Source: Macrostomum lignano (lineage: Eukaryota). Taken from it: DNA of 64,000 nucleotides. Position 1 is the stretch's first letter. Each line of letters starts with the position of its first letter. The position numbers were made by a program, and so were the translations under genes. A model generated the notes under the pieces. The model saw nothing but the letters and a program-made list of their open reading frames with translations, did no database searches and had not been told where the DNA came from. The DNA is taken from positions 62,001 through 126,000 of the forward strand of contig NIVC01002151.1 of NCBI GenBank assembly GCA_002269645.1. Direction: 5' to 3'. Below, piece by piece: positions 13,952-27,113 of the stretch.

Positions 13952-16900
13952 CTCTTACGACTGTCTGTGTGTTTAGCGGGACCTGAGTTATGTTAATGCG
14001 TTACGTGGACCACGCAATTCCGGTTAAAAAATAGAGTCTGTTTTGACAACGCGAAAGGCTAGCTAGGGTTATCTTTTTGTTAACTTGACGGAATAGCCAG
14101 TTCGGGGAAACTGTGGTGGTTCACTAACTACGTTTTGGGGACCGGGTTAGGTGGACCGCAAAAAAACAGTTGGTTTAGTTAGACCTCTTTCGTTGTAGAA
14201 AATTTATTGCTTTAAACTGTTCTTTTGAACTAATTAAAACAGAAATTCTCAAAAAGAACAGATAAAAGGGTTACGACGTCATTTAATGAAAATATCCCGA
14301 GTTCAAACCAATTTATTTAGCATTATTAATCGGGTTAATCGGGTTAAACAAATGTACGATCGCATTAGTTAGTTGCGTCGCGTGAATACAAGAAGGTGAA
14401 TGAAAATAAAGCATTTTGAAAATAAATACAGAATCATATCAAATGACTGTAAAGTCATTAAAACTAATTTAGGTCAAAATGTATGCTTCAAATACATGTT
14501 AACAAACGTAAGATTCCATTAGTTAAAAAAGGTCATCCGAGTACGAGCCTACAAGAAGTTGAAGGGCATTTTTAATAACGACAAAAGTTACTAAAACTGA
14601 AATTAAATTGATTTGACTACATCAGTCCTATTATACTGAATGAGTTGGTGAGCAATCATATGATAAGCCAATCATTTTACCGACTTTCATCTTTTCGTTC
14701 ACGCAGATGATGGCTTAATCTTCTTATTTTTCTACGAAATATTCTCCTGGACCTTCCCTGCCTCCGTGGTCCCGGACCGCTTCTGTTATTGATCTGTCAT
14801 TGCCTCTCTCACGAATTTCAGCTTACTTAGCCATCGAATCCGCTTTCGTCAGCTCAGCTCTATGATGAACCTTTCTATATTTCTCGTCAATTAGTGGTTT
14901 GAATCTTCTTTTACAGTTCGTTTTAACCTTCATCTCGGTGAAACGCAGTCAGTCTCGTCGAGCTCAGGCGAACAAAATCAACCACAGGCTCCTACAAAGG
15001 TAGAAAATAAAATTAACTGACAATCAAACAGACACAGAAATCTGTTCCAGTTGTGTCTGTAGGTTATGTGGACCACCTGAGAGCCAGAGCCTCAAACAGA
15101 CAGAGAAATCTGTTCGAGTTGTGTCTGTAGGTTAGGTGGACCACCTTCTGAGAGCCAAAGCCTCAAACAGACTGAGAGAGCTGCTTCAGTTGTGTCTGTA
15201 GGTTATGTGGACCACCTAAGAGCAAGAGCCTCAAACAGACAGAGAAATCTGTTCGAGTTGTGTCTGTAGGTTAGGTGGACCAGCTACTCCAAAGCACTTC
15301 TAGGCGATAATCTGAGCCAGGAATCTCCGAGAGCCTCTCGTTACACATCCAGATGTTCTGCCTTGATGCTGGACTAGCTCACTTTCTAGGAATATGTTCT
15401 GATTGCATTCTAACAAACTGAAGCATTCTCGGCACTAAACTTTCTCGGCGGCTCTGAGAGCCAGAGCCTCAAACAGACAGAGAAATCTGTTCGAGTTGTG
15501 TCTGTAGGTTAGGTGGACCAGCTACTCCAAAGCACTTCTAGGCGATAATCTAAGCCATGAATCTCCGAGAGCCTCTCGTTACACATCCAGATGTTCTGCC
15601 TTGATGCTGGACTAGCTCACTTTCTAGGAATCTGTTCTGATTGCATTCTAACAAACTGAAGCATTCTCGGCACTAAACTTTCTCGGCGGCTCTGAGAGCC
15701 AGAGCCTCAAACAGACAGAGAAATCTGTTCGAGTTGTGTCTGTAGGTTAGGTGGACCAGCTACTCCAAAGCACTTCTAGGCGATAATCTGAGCCAGGAAT
15801 CTCCGAGAGCCTCTCGTTACACATCCATGTTCTACCTTGATGCTGGACTAGCTCACTTTCTAGGAATCTGTTCTGATTGCATTCTAACAAACTGAAGCAT
15901 TCTCGGCACTAAACTTTCTCGGCGGCTCTGAGAGCCAGAGCCTCAAACAGACAGAGAAATCTGTTCGAGTTGTGTCTGTAGGTTAGGTGGACCAGCTACT
16001 CCAAAGCACTTCTAGGCGATAATCTGAGCCAGGAATCTCCGAGAGCCTCTCGTTACACATCCAGATGTTCTGCCTTGATGCTGGACTAGCTCACTTTCTA
16101 GGAATCTGTTCTGATTGCATTCTAACAAACTGAAGCATTCTCGGCACTAAACTTTCTCGGCGGCTCTGAGAGCCAGAGCCTCAAACAGACAGAGAAATCT
16201 GTTCGAGTTGTGTCTGTAGGTTAGGTGGACCAGCTACTCCAAAGCACTTCTAGGCGATAATCTGAGCCAGGAATCTCCGAGAGCCTCTCGTTACACATCC
16301 AGATGTTCTGCCTTGATGCTGGACTAGCTCACTTTCTAGGAATCTGTTCTGATTGCATTCTAACAAACTGAAGCATTCTCGGCACTAAACTTTCTCGGCG
16401 GCTCTGAGAGCCAGAGCCTCAAACAGACAGAGAAATCTGTTCGAGTTGTGTCTGTAGGTTAGGTGGACCAGCTACTCCAAAGCACTTCTAGGCGATAATC
16501 TGAGCCAGGAATCTCCGAGAGCCTCTCGTTACACATACAGATGTTCTGCCTTGATGCTGGACTAGCTCACTTTCTAGGAAAATGTTCTGATTGCATTCTA
16601 ACAAACTGAAGCATTCTCGGCACTAAACTTTCTCGGCGGCTCTGAGAGCCAGAGCCTCAAACAGACAGAGAAATCTGTTCGAGTTGTGTCTGTAGGTTAG
16701 GTGGACCAGCTACTCCAAAGCACTTCTAGGCGATAATCTGAGCCAGGAATCTCCGAGAGCCTCTCGTTACACATCCAGATGTTCTGCCTTGATGCTGGAC
16801 TAGCTCACTTTCTAGGAATCTGTTCTGATTGCATTCTAACAAACTGAAGCATTCTCGGCACTAAACTTTCTCGGCGGCTCTGAGAGCTAGAGCCTCAAAC

Positions 16901-19900
16901 AGACAGAGAAATCTGTTCGAGTTGTGTCTGTAGGTTAGGTGGACCAGCTACTCCAAAGCACTTCTAGGCGATAATCTGAGCCAGGAATCTCCGAGAGCCT
17001 CTCGTTACACATCCAGATGTTCTGCCTTGATGCTGGACTAGCTCACTTTCTAGGAATCTGTTCTGATTGCATTCTAACAAACTGAAGCATTCTCGGCACT
17101 AAACTTTCTCGGCGGCTCTGAGAGCCAGAGCCTCAAACAGACAGAGAAATCTGTTCGAGTTGTGTCTGTAGGTTAGGTGGACCAGCTACTCCAAAGCACT
17201 TCTAGGCGATAATCTGAGCCAGGAATCTCCGAGAGCCTCTCGTTACACATCCATGTTCTACCTTGATGCTGGACTAGCTCACTTTCTAGGAATCTGTTCT
17301 GATTGCATTCTAACAAACTGAAGCATTCTCGGCACTAAACTTTCTCGGCGGCTCTGAGAGCCAGAGCCTCAAACAGACAGAGAAATCTGTTCGAGTTGTG
17401 TCTGTAGGTTAGGTGGACCAGCTACTCCAAAGCACTTCTAGGCGATAATCTGAGCCAGGAATCTCCGAGAGCCTCTCGTTACACATCCAGATGTTCTGCC
17501 TTGATGCTGGACTAGCTCACTTTCTAGGAATCTGTTCTGATTGCATTCTAACAAACCGAAGCATTCTCGGCACTAAACTTTCTCGGCGGCTCTGAGATCC
17601 AGAGCCTCAGACAGAAATCTGTTCGAGTTGTGTCTGTAGGTTAGGTGGACCAGCTACTCCAAAGCACTTCTAGGCGATAATCTGAGCCAGGAATCTCCGA
17701 GAGCCTCTCGTTACACATCCATGTTCTACCTTGATGCTGGACTAGCTCACTTTCTAGGAATCTGTTCTGATTGCATTCTAACAAACTGAAGCATTCTCGG
17801 CACTAAACTTTCTCGGCGGCTCTGAGAGCCAGAGCCTCAAACAGACAGAGAAATCTGTTCGAGTTGTGTCTGTAGGTTAGGTGGACCAGCTACTCCAAAG
17901 CACTTCTAGGCGATAATCTGAGCCAGGAATCTCCGAGAGCCTCTCGTTACACATACAGATGTTCTGCCTTGATGCTGGACTAGCTCACTTTCTAGGAATC
18001 TGTTCTGATTGCATTCTAACAAACTGAAGCATTCTCGGCACTAAACTTTCTCGGCGGCTCTGAGATCCAGAGCCTCAAACAGACAGAAATCTGTTCGAGT
18101 TGTGTCTGTAGGTTAGGTGGACCAGCTACTCCAAAGCACTTCTAGGCGATAATCTGAGCCAGGAATCTCCGAGAGCCTCTCGTTACACATCCAGATGTTC
18201 TGCCTTGATGCTGGACTAGCTCACTTTCTAGGAATCTGTTCTGATTGCATTCTAACAAACTGAAGCATTCTCGGCACTAAACTTTCTCGGCGGCTCTGAG
18301 AGCTAGAGCCTCAAACAGACAGAGAAATCTGTTCGAGTTGTGTCTGTAGGTTAGGTGGACCAGCTACTCCAAAGCACTTCTAGGCGATAATCTGAGCCAG
18401 GAATCTCCGAGAGCCTCTCGTTACACATACAGATGTTCTGCCTTGATGCTGGACTAGCTCACTTTCTAGGAATCTGTTCTGATTGCATTCTAACAAACTG
18501 AAGCATTCTCGGCACTAAACTTTTTCGGCGGCTCTGAGAGCCAGAGCCTCAAACAGACAGAGAAATCTGTTCGAGTTGTGTCTGTAGGTTAGGTGGACCA
18601 CCTTCTGAGAGCTAAAGCCTCAAACAGACTGAGAGAGCTGCTTCAGTTGTGTCTGTAGGTTATGTGGACCACCTAAGAGCCAGAGCCTCAAACAGACAGA
18701 GAAATCTGTTCGAGTTGTGTCTGTAGGTTAGGTGGACCAGCTACTCCAAAGCACTTCTAGGCGATAATCTGAGCCAGGAATCTCCAAGAGCCTCTCGTTA
18801 CACATCCAGATGTTCTGCCTTGATGCTGGACTAGCTCACTTTCTAGGAATCTGTTCTGATTGCATTCTAACAAACTGAAGCATTCTCGGCACTAAACTTT
18901 CTCGGCGGCTCTGAGAGCCAGAGCCTCAAACAGACAGAGAAATCTGTTCGAGTTGTGTCTGTAGGTTAGGTGGACCAGCTACTCCAAAGCACTTCTAGGC
19001 GATAATCTGAGCCAGGAATCTCCGAGAGCCTCTCGTTACACATCCATGTTCTACCTTGATGCTGGACTAGCTCACTTTCTAGGAATCTGTTCTGATTGCA
19101 TTCTAACAAACTGAAGCATTCTCGGCACTAAACTTTCTCGGCGGCTCTGAGAGCCAGAGCCTCAAACAGACAGAGAAATCTGTTCGAGTTGTGTCTGTAG
19201 GTTAGGTGGACCAGCTACTCCAAAGCACTTCTAGGCGATAATCTGAGCCAGGAATCTCCGAGAGCCTCTCGTTACACATACAGATGTTCTGCCTTGATGC
19301 TGGACTAGCTCACTTTCTAGGAATCTGTTCTGATTGCATTCTAACAAACTGAAGCATTCTCGGCACTAAACTTTCTCGGCGGCTCTGAGATCCAGAGCCT
19401 CAAACAGACAGAAATCTGTTCGAGTTGTGTCTGTAGGTTAGGTGGACCAGCTACTCCAAAGCACTTCTAGGCGATAATCTGAGCCAGGAATCTCCGAGAG
19501 CCTCTCGTTACACATCCAGATGTTCTGCCTTGATGCTGGACTAGCTCACTTTCTAGGAATCTGTTCTGATTGCATTCTAACAAACTGAAGCATTCTCGGC
19601 ACTAAACTTTCTCGGCGGCTCTGAGATCCAGAGCCTCAAACAGACAGAAATCTGTTCGAGTTGTGTCTGTAGGTTAGGTGGACCAGCTACTCCAAAGCAC
19701 TTCTAGGCGATAATCTAAGCCATGAATCTCCGAGAGCCTCTCGTTACACATCCAGATGTTCTGCCTTGATGCTGGACTAGCTCACTTTCTAGGAATCTGT
19801 TCTGATTGCATTCTAACAAACTGAAGCATTCTCGGCACTAAACTTTCTCGGCGGCTCTGAGAGCCAGAGCCTCAAACAGACAGAGAAATCTGTTCGAGTT

Positions 19901-22130
19901 GTGTCTGTAGGTTAGGTGGACCACCTTCTGAGAGCCAAAGCCTCAAACAGACTGAGAGAGCTGCTTCAGTTGTGTCTGTAGGTTATGTGGACCACCTAAG
20001 AGCCAGAGCCTCAAACAGACAGAGAAATCTGTTCGAGTTGTGTCTGTAGGTTAGGTGGACCAGCTACTCCAAAGCACTTCTAGGCGATAATCTGAGCCAG
20101 GAATCTCCGAGAGCCTCTCGTTACACATCCAGATGTTCTACCTTGATGCTGGACTAGCTCACTTTCTAGGAATATGTTCTGATTGCATTCTAACAAACTG
20201 AAGCATTCTCGGCACTAAACTTTCTCGGCGGCTCTGAGAGCCAGAGCCTTAAACAGACAGAGAAATCTGTTCGAGTTGTGTCTGTAGGTTAGGTGGACCA
20301 CCTTCTGAGAGCCAAAGCCTCAAACAGACTGAGAGAGCTGATTCAGTTGTGTCTGTAGGTTAGGTGGACCAGCTTCTCTACAGCAATTGAGTTGCAGGCC
20401 TTGCAGCTAGCTACTTTGAGATCATCAAACGAAACTCACTTTTCTGGACTCGGTGTCGACGGATTTGCGAGCAGACTGATGATTTTCACCAGGCGATGCG
20501 GCTTCTTCGATTTCGCAGTGGCTTTTTGCGACGGTGTTTTTTTAGTTTTTATTTTAGGCTTGGCGTCCTTTTTTGCGGGTCATCATATTTTGGTTGTAGA
20601 TTACAGTTTTTGGCACAATAAATTTATATATGGATGAAACTTGGAGTAAGGATTAACATTAGACCTATTAAGTATAAAAAACCGTTCTAATCTATACAAT
20701 TGCAATCCTTTAGAGTTGTATAGTATGGATTATAAGTACTTTCTTTTAAACTGTCTGTGTCTGGTCTCACTACGCCATGGTTTACGTGGACCACCCGCTT
20801 AGACATTATATATCCCTCTCTCCACTGTCTTACCTTCAGAACGCTTGCGGGTTTCCTATTGGCTGCGGTCGGTCCCATTGTTGGGGTGGATCTATCCTCC
20901 TAAGTGTTAACCAGCCAATTATAGAAAGGGAGGTCTGTCTGTCTGTCTGTTCCAACCCTATACTCCTGCACATGTGTTTACGTGGACCAAACAGACAGTG
21001 AGTGTTAGGCTGACTGTTAATGCGTTCTTAGTTTTACTGGGACCGCAATCAAGTCGACCTTTTGCTAGAGAGTCAGGGACCCGATCGCTAGTTAAAAGGC
21101 CCTTCTTAATTGCGTCCTCTCGATCAAATCTTTTGCATGTACATGGATGAATTGTCCTTTTCAATTAGGTAAATTGCATCTTCAACTTTGCACTTGAAAG
21201 GCTGCAGCTTAGGATCTTCTTCTTCCAAAATTGGAGGAGGATAGAACAGGATATCCCATAGTGTTTACGATAGAATTGGCAAGCACTTAATTCATGAAGT
21301 TGCTATTTTCTTCTTGTCTAATGGTAGAGCCTCAGAAATTCGCATTTACACAGTGTGGCTATCAAGGACCACTGGGAGTTCTTGAGAAGTCATTGAAGAA
21401 TACTATTTAAGCTTCACTTAAATATCTTTCTTGTCTCGGAGTCTTTATCGTTTGATCTGGTTCGCGAATTGGATTTCTTTACGTTGGTGTCTTACTCTGT
21501 GAGTCTGTGCTCAGAGTACGATACCGGAATTGCTGGAACTGAGCTAATTAAATGGAGTTTAAAGTTTACTGTATCAAATTCATTTCGCATACGAGGTTTC
21601 AGAATTTTTAATTAACCTGCGTACCTACTTGAATGTCAAAGAACTGAACGCATATTGTTTTAAAGCCAGTAGCGGTCATAATATGATGCCAACATAGCCC
21701 TTTGTTCGTAAGGTAATGATCTGTAAAAAATTCAGTTTTGCATCGAATCTATGCTTAATAACTGCTATACACAAACAGACACAAACAGACACAAACAGAC
21801 ACAAACAGACACAAACAGACGATTTTCGAAAAATTTTCTAAAATTTTTCGGTTTACGTGGACCAGACTCGCTCGGTTTAGGTAGACCAGGCTGGAGGTCC
21901 AGCTAAACTGAAATGCGAATAACTTTGGAAAAAACCATGCTAGACATCCCAAAATTGCTTAAGCCTTTCTTGACCCGCCTGACATTAATGTGAGATCCTC
22001 ATCAACGTCTTAACCCCACCAGAGACAAAATTATTTGGTGGTCCACCTAAGTGGTCTACCTACACCGGTTGGTCCAGCTAACGAGGCTACTGAACTTCCA
22101 AAAAGTCCACGTAAACACACAGACAGTAGA

Positions 22131-22172
<42 letters not shown>

Positions 22173-22180
22173 CGACACTA

Positions 22181-22213
<33 letters not shown>

Positions 22214-25083
22214 GGCAGAAAGACAGACAGACAGACAGACAGACAGACAGGCAGACAGACAGACAGGCAGAAATACAGACAGAGATCAGCCTATTGAGCC
22301 CCTTTCCTCTCCCATCTCGCGCCCGCAGCTTCGTCCCGCGCCGACTCCCTATTCGACAAGAAGCCGGTGCTGCCACCGATCGGCGCCGCCTCCGGAGCCC
22401 GCGTGCCCGAGCTGGCGCGGCCGTTGAACTGCCCGGTGCTGCTGGTCATCGCAGGCCCCGGTAGCGGCAAGGCTCGCGTCGCCCGTCTGGTCGCTGATCG
22501 CTACGACTGCCAACTGATCAGCGCTGGCGCCCTTCTGCGCGCGGGAAACGATGAAAGGGCGCGTGAAATGGCGCCAGACTTGGAGGTGCTCGCCGCGGTG
22601 ATTGGCGCTATTAATGAGGCCACAGCCGATGCCAGCTGCCGCGGCCTGGTGATCGAGGGATATCCGAGAAGCCTGGCGCAGCTTGAGGACTACATGGAGC
22701 ATGTGAGGGCCTTGATGACGTCATCTTCGGGATTGATTTTGATGACGCTATTTTAGAGTTCAGGGTTGTACCTAAACTAGGCTGACCTGACCTAAACTAG
22801 GCTGACATGACCTAAACTAGACTGACCCTGACCTGAACTAGACTGACCTGACCTAAACTAGACTGACCTGACCTAAACTAGGCTGACATGACCTAAACTA
22901 GACTGACCTGACCTAAACTAGACTGACCTGACCTAAACTAGACTGACCCTGACCTGAACTAGACTGACCTGACCTAAACTAGACTGACCTGACCTAAACT
23001 AGGCTGACATGACCTAAACTAGACTGACCTGACCTAAACTAGACTGACCCTGACCTGAACTAGACTGACCTGACCTAAACTAGACTGACCCTGACCTGAA
23101 CTAGACTGACCTGACCTAAACTAGACTGACCTGACCTAAACTAGACTGACCCTGACCTAAACTAGACTGACCTGACCGAAAATAGACTGACCTGACCTAA
23201 ACTAGACTGACCTGACCTAAACTAGACTGACCTGACCTAAAATAGACTGACCTGACCTAAACTAGGCTGACCCTGACCTAAACTACACTGACCTGACCTA
23301 AAATAGACTGAACTGACCTAAACTAGACTGACCTGACCTAAACTAGACTGACCTGACCTTGATGCACAGCATACTGACCCTGCAAACCGGCTTTCAGATC
23401 CAACGAGTCGATCACGCCCTACTCCTCGACTTCGAAGAGTCCAGCCTGCAGCAGCGACTCCTGTCCGAGAACAAACACCAGCCCGGCGACATCGCCCGGC
23501 GAATCTCCGAGTTTAAGACGGCCTGCCTGCCCGCCTGTCGGGTGCTGGACGAAGACGGCAAACTGCTGGTGCTGCCGGTCGATCCCGACGCCAGCGACGA
23601 GGCTGTCAACCAGGAGGCCGTCCGGGTGCTCGACGCCCTGCTGGCGTCCGAGTCCACCCGAGCGGAGCCGACAGAAACGTCGTCGGCAAAAACCGGCGGT
23701 CCTGCCGCTGCCGCCGGCCAGGTGACCAGCATTCGTCGTCTGGTCAATCTCGGACAACCAGCTGACCGAGTGGCCGACGGACAGTCTAGCAAGCCGCCTC
23801 CGATGGTGCTGCTGTTGGGCGGCCCGGGCAGCGGCCGGAGGACCTGCCTGGAACGTCTGGGACGATTGAACGATAATAAACTGACTATTGTGGACTTGGC
23901 CTCGGACTTGGAACCCGATGAGGCCGTGGATCGATTAGAGGCGGCCGCTGGGGACGGAATACCTATGATTGTGAAGGTAAGGGAGTACTCGAGCTTTTAT
24001 TGATGATGGAATCGTTTTGTACCAAAATATAATGTACATGTACAACAGTACAGAAATTTACGTGTATGTGGCGCCAAATGGGAAGCATGTAGCGTCTAAA
24101 TATACATAAAATAAGAGGCGCCACAATGATAGGTGCATGTAAATATGTAACACATTCATGTACATGTACGCGCACTGCAGGGCTTCCCAGAAACGGAAGA
24201 AGGCCTCAGAGCCATGTATGCCCGGGTTGGCGCGCCAGATCTCGCGCTGCTCATCGACTGTCACGAGGCCGACATGATGGAGCGCCTGGCTGAGGCTGGG
24301 TCGCAGTCGGCGGACACAGCCGCTGAAAGAATGCGCCGATTCAAGGAGGAGACTCTGCCGGTGGTTCAGCACTTTGACGAGGCTGGCTTGCTCTGTGTGG
24401 TGAGCAGTTGTTGCTAAAAATAGCCCTGACTCACTCCTGAACCTGCACCCACCTCACTCCTGCTCCCACCACCTCACTCCTGCACCCACCTCACTCCTGC
24501 ACCCACCACCTCACTCCTGCACCCACCACCTCACTCCTGGACCCATCACCTCACTCCTGCTCCCACCACCTCACTCCTGCACCCACCTCACTCCTGCACC
24601 CATCACCTCACTCCTGCTCCCACCACCTCACTCCTGCACCCACCTCACTCTTGCACCCACCACCTCACTCCTGCACCCACCTCACTCTTGCACCCACCAC
24701 CTCACTCCTGCACCCACCTCACTCTTGCACCCACCACCTCACTCCTGCACCCACCACCTCACTCCCGTTTTGCGCTACAACATCAAAAACGACCTTGAAT
24801 ATACATCCAATATCAACAACTCTAGGTGCTTGGGGACAAAGAGCCGGACGACGTACTCAAGGAGGTGAAGTCACTCGTCGATTTCGTGCTTTTCAATCGG
24901 ACGGACGTCAGTCTCGCCCAGCAGCACCAAGCGGTGGCCGAGGCCGCGGTGGATCGTCTGCGAGCCCGACCTGCAGACGACGAATCCGAGGAGGCAGCCG
25001 CGGCGGCAAAAATCCAAGCTGGTTTTCGAGGCTACCAGGTGCGAAAACAACAGGTGGTAGCGTCGGCTGCTAAGCGGCAGTAA
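12715..25083 (+). CDS. AK5: Adenylate kinase 5-like protein (557 aa): N-terminal dimerization/docking domain, two degenerate AK domains, C-terminal IQ motif. Exons 12715-12768, 12842-13031, 22329-22702, 23398-23976, 24181-24399, 24826-25083
   Basis: The N-terminus [40 protein letters not shown] matches my recollection of the AK5 N-terminus ([15 protein letters not shown]). P-loops GPGSGK and GPGSGR; EGYPR and KGFPE motifs; [15 protein letters not shown] motif. All six exons have GT-AG junctions with compatible phases; 1674 nt total. Confidence 0.87.
13055..13950. repeat. (GACA)n microsatellite in AK5-like intron 2
   Basis: Direct reading; resumes at about 22128-22270. Confidence 0.97.
13960..22127. 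mobile_element. Putative non-autonomous TIR element (about 8.2 kb) carrying an internal satellite
   Basis: Left end actgtctgtgtgtttagcgggac (13960-13982) versus the reverse complement of the right end actgtctgtgtgtttacgtggac (22105-22127). (G)TGGACC motifs point forward on the left and in the interior and reverse near the right end. Lies between two (GACA)n tracts. No transposase ORF and no clear TSD seen. Confidence 0.5.
15022..20375. repeat. 238-bp tandem satellite, about 22 highly similar units, with occasional extra subunits of about 60 bp
   Basis: Period measured at gcattctcgg: 15423, 15661, 15897, 16135 (238, 236, 238). Short gtggaccacc/aaacagac subunits at about 15020-15240, 18600, 19920 and 20300. 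Confidence 0.97.
22128..22270. repeat. (GACA)n microsatellite, right remnant
   Basis: Direct reading. Confidence 0.93.
22771..23358. repeat. 20-bp intronic minisatellite (CTGACCTGACCTAAACTAGA)n in AK5-like intron 3
   Basis: Direct reading. Confidence 0.95.
24430..24765. repeat. 17/20-bp intronic minisatellite (CACCCACC[ACC]TCACTCCTG)n in AK5-like intron 5
   Basis: Direct reading. Confidence 0.93.
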
Positions 25084-26240
25084 ACTAAAAAGTTTGCAAG
25101 TTTTTTTACAAGATTTATGTACCAGAGTAGAGCTGCAACATTAGCATAGAACCGTTCGCATAAACTGCTTTTGTATCATCCTTACTTAGAAAGCGTTGCT
25201 TCTAAAAATAGCATCCCTGATTGGAGAAACCCGTCCATTATTTTCTGTCGTCTAGTTATCTTCTACGAGCCAGTTTGCGCGTAGGTCAGATTCTAAAAAT
25301 AGACACAATGTACATTGCTACATAAAAGAACAGACTTCTCAATTATGTGCTATAAATGTACACGTATTGTGCATGCTCGATTCTAAAAATAAAAAATATA
25401 CTGGCCTAAAAGCTGCATTCATGCGCGCGTCATGTCTAAAAAAGAACCAATGTACATTGGGGGGTTTAGACTGGCGCACGCTGTCCAAGATAACGTCGCT
25501 TCTAAAAATAGAAACAATGTACATTGCCTCCGAAACAACGCGGAAAGTACATGTATGCTTTGTTTAGCGCTTTGTGGCTTAATTTAGCTATCTTAGTCTG
25601 CCAATAATTTACGCTTGTAATTTTGCTAACTTCTAACAGTTTTACCGTTCAAAAGTTTATTTAAAAAAATTCAAAGTGTTTTTCTTCGTTCTGGCTTTAG
25701 CTCCATGATGATTTGGATTCAATGTATTAATAATACTACCTAAGGGTGTTCTACAATCGTACTTTTTAACTGATTCTTTCCAAAGGTGCGCTTATATATA
25801 TATTTATGAGCTGTCTTTTATCATATACATATTTTTGGATTCCTGAGCTTTCTGTGTTCCAACGAAAAACAGCAAATGCCACATTCCATAATAACAGCAT
25901 TATTAGGTTCGAGATTGTGATGGATGCTTGTACCTAATTTGTAAGCTCAGATCGAAATTCAATTATCTGTCGAATATTTTTCCAAGAGCTTTGCTTAAAA
26001 TTTACCTGCATCTCCAGCAGAATTAATAAATTAGAGTAAAATTAAAATGTATTAACCATATTTTTTTCGAAAATATTATAAATGGTTACAGAAAAACTTT
26101 CTGTTTATTTGTTTTGTCCTTTAGAAACTTGTTTAAACTGCATAACAGGACAACAGCAATGCTATGAGTATAATTATAATTATTAAAAGCAAATAATAAT
26201 TTATTAACAACACCGAGAAGTCAGCGGCAGTCCGGTCTCC

Positions 26241-27113
26241 TCAGGCGACCCGCTTGATAATGTGCACCCCGCTGTCGGTGTACACCAGGTCGCTGATCTC
26301 GCCAACCTGCAAAGCGAAAGCGGCCTCCTCGAAGGGCGGCTGCATCTGGCCGCGGCCGAAGGCGCCGAGGTCGCCGCCTCGTTTGGCCGAATTGCAGTGC
26401 GACTCAAGCTCGGCCAGCTGCTCGAAACTCGCTTCCCCGGACACGATCCGGCGGCGGAACTCTTTCACCAAGGCTTCAGCCTCCTCCTGGCTGCGAGTCA
26501 CCGTCTGCTCCTTCCAGGAGGACGGGCGGCGCGAGCCGCGGTGCTTCACGAGCAGGTGGAGGCAGCGCACGGTGCCGCCCCTGCCGTGTCCGCCGTCGCC
26601 TAGGTGTACATTGAGGGGTAAGGGGTTGACTGGCTAGTGTACATTGAGGGGTAAGGGATTGACTGGCTAGCGTACATTGAGGGGTAAAGGATTGACTGGC
26701 TAGTGTACATTGAGGGGTAAGGGGTTGACTGGCTAGTGTACATTGAGGGGTAGGGATTGACTGGCTAGTGTACATTGAGGGGTAAAGGATTGACTGGTTA
26801 GTGTACATTTAGTGGTAATGGATTGACTGGCTAGCGTACATTGAGGGGTAAGGATTGACTGGCTAGTGTACATTGAGGGGTAAAGAATTGACTGGCTAGT
26901 GTACATTGAGGGGTAGGGATTGACTGGCCTGTGATTTGATGGGAAGAGATTGGCACATGTAAAGAAAAACGCTGCATTAAACTTATATTTACCTGTAGCC
27001 GGATGAGTAGGCACTTCCCACTGCGTCTCCTTTGTGACGTCGTTAACATAATAGGTCCGACCAGTTTTGCTGCTGACCTTGGAGCTCCATCCAGATGGCA
27101 GACCCGAAGACAT
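26241..27113 (-). CDS. PIN1: Peptidyl-prolyl cis-trans isomerase Pin1 (159 aa; WW plus parvulin domains). Exons 26993-27113 and 26241-26599
   Basis: WW domain LPSGW...GRTYYVN...TQWEVP; parvulin motifs [51 protein letters not shown]. Phase-1 intron G|gtaaat...cctag|GC; 480 nt total. Confidence 0.96.
26600..26928 (-). repeat. 33-bp intronic minisatellite, about 10 units, in the Pin1 intron
   Basis: (ggctagtgtacattgaggggtaaggggttgact)n on the + strand; period 33 (26631 to 26664). Confidence 0.95.

Noticed and set aside
14917-14999. Candidate extra AK5-like exon (ttacag|...aaag|gtag)
   Set aside because: Enters in phase 1 and exits in phase 0, which is incompatible with the phase-1 downstream exon; it lies within the inserted element.
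8137-20375. Regular 28-bp and 238-bp arrays as possible CRISPR arrays
   Set aside because: No unique spacers, no cas genes, and a eukaryotic context.
20430-20590. Lys-rich minus-strand frame [14 protein letters not shown]... resembling a histone tail
   Set aside because: No in-frame start, no histone fold, and bounded by stops.
20950-21720. Possible transposase remnant in the 8.2-kb element
   Set aside because: Only short broken frames and no DDE or other motif recognised.
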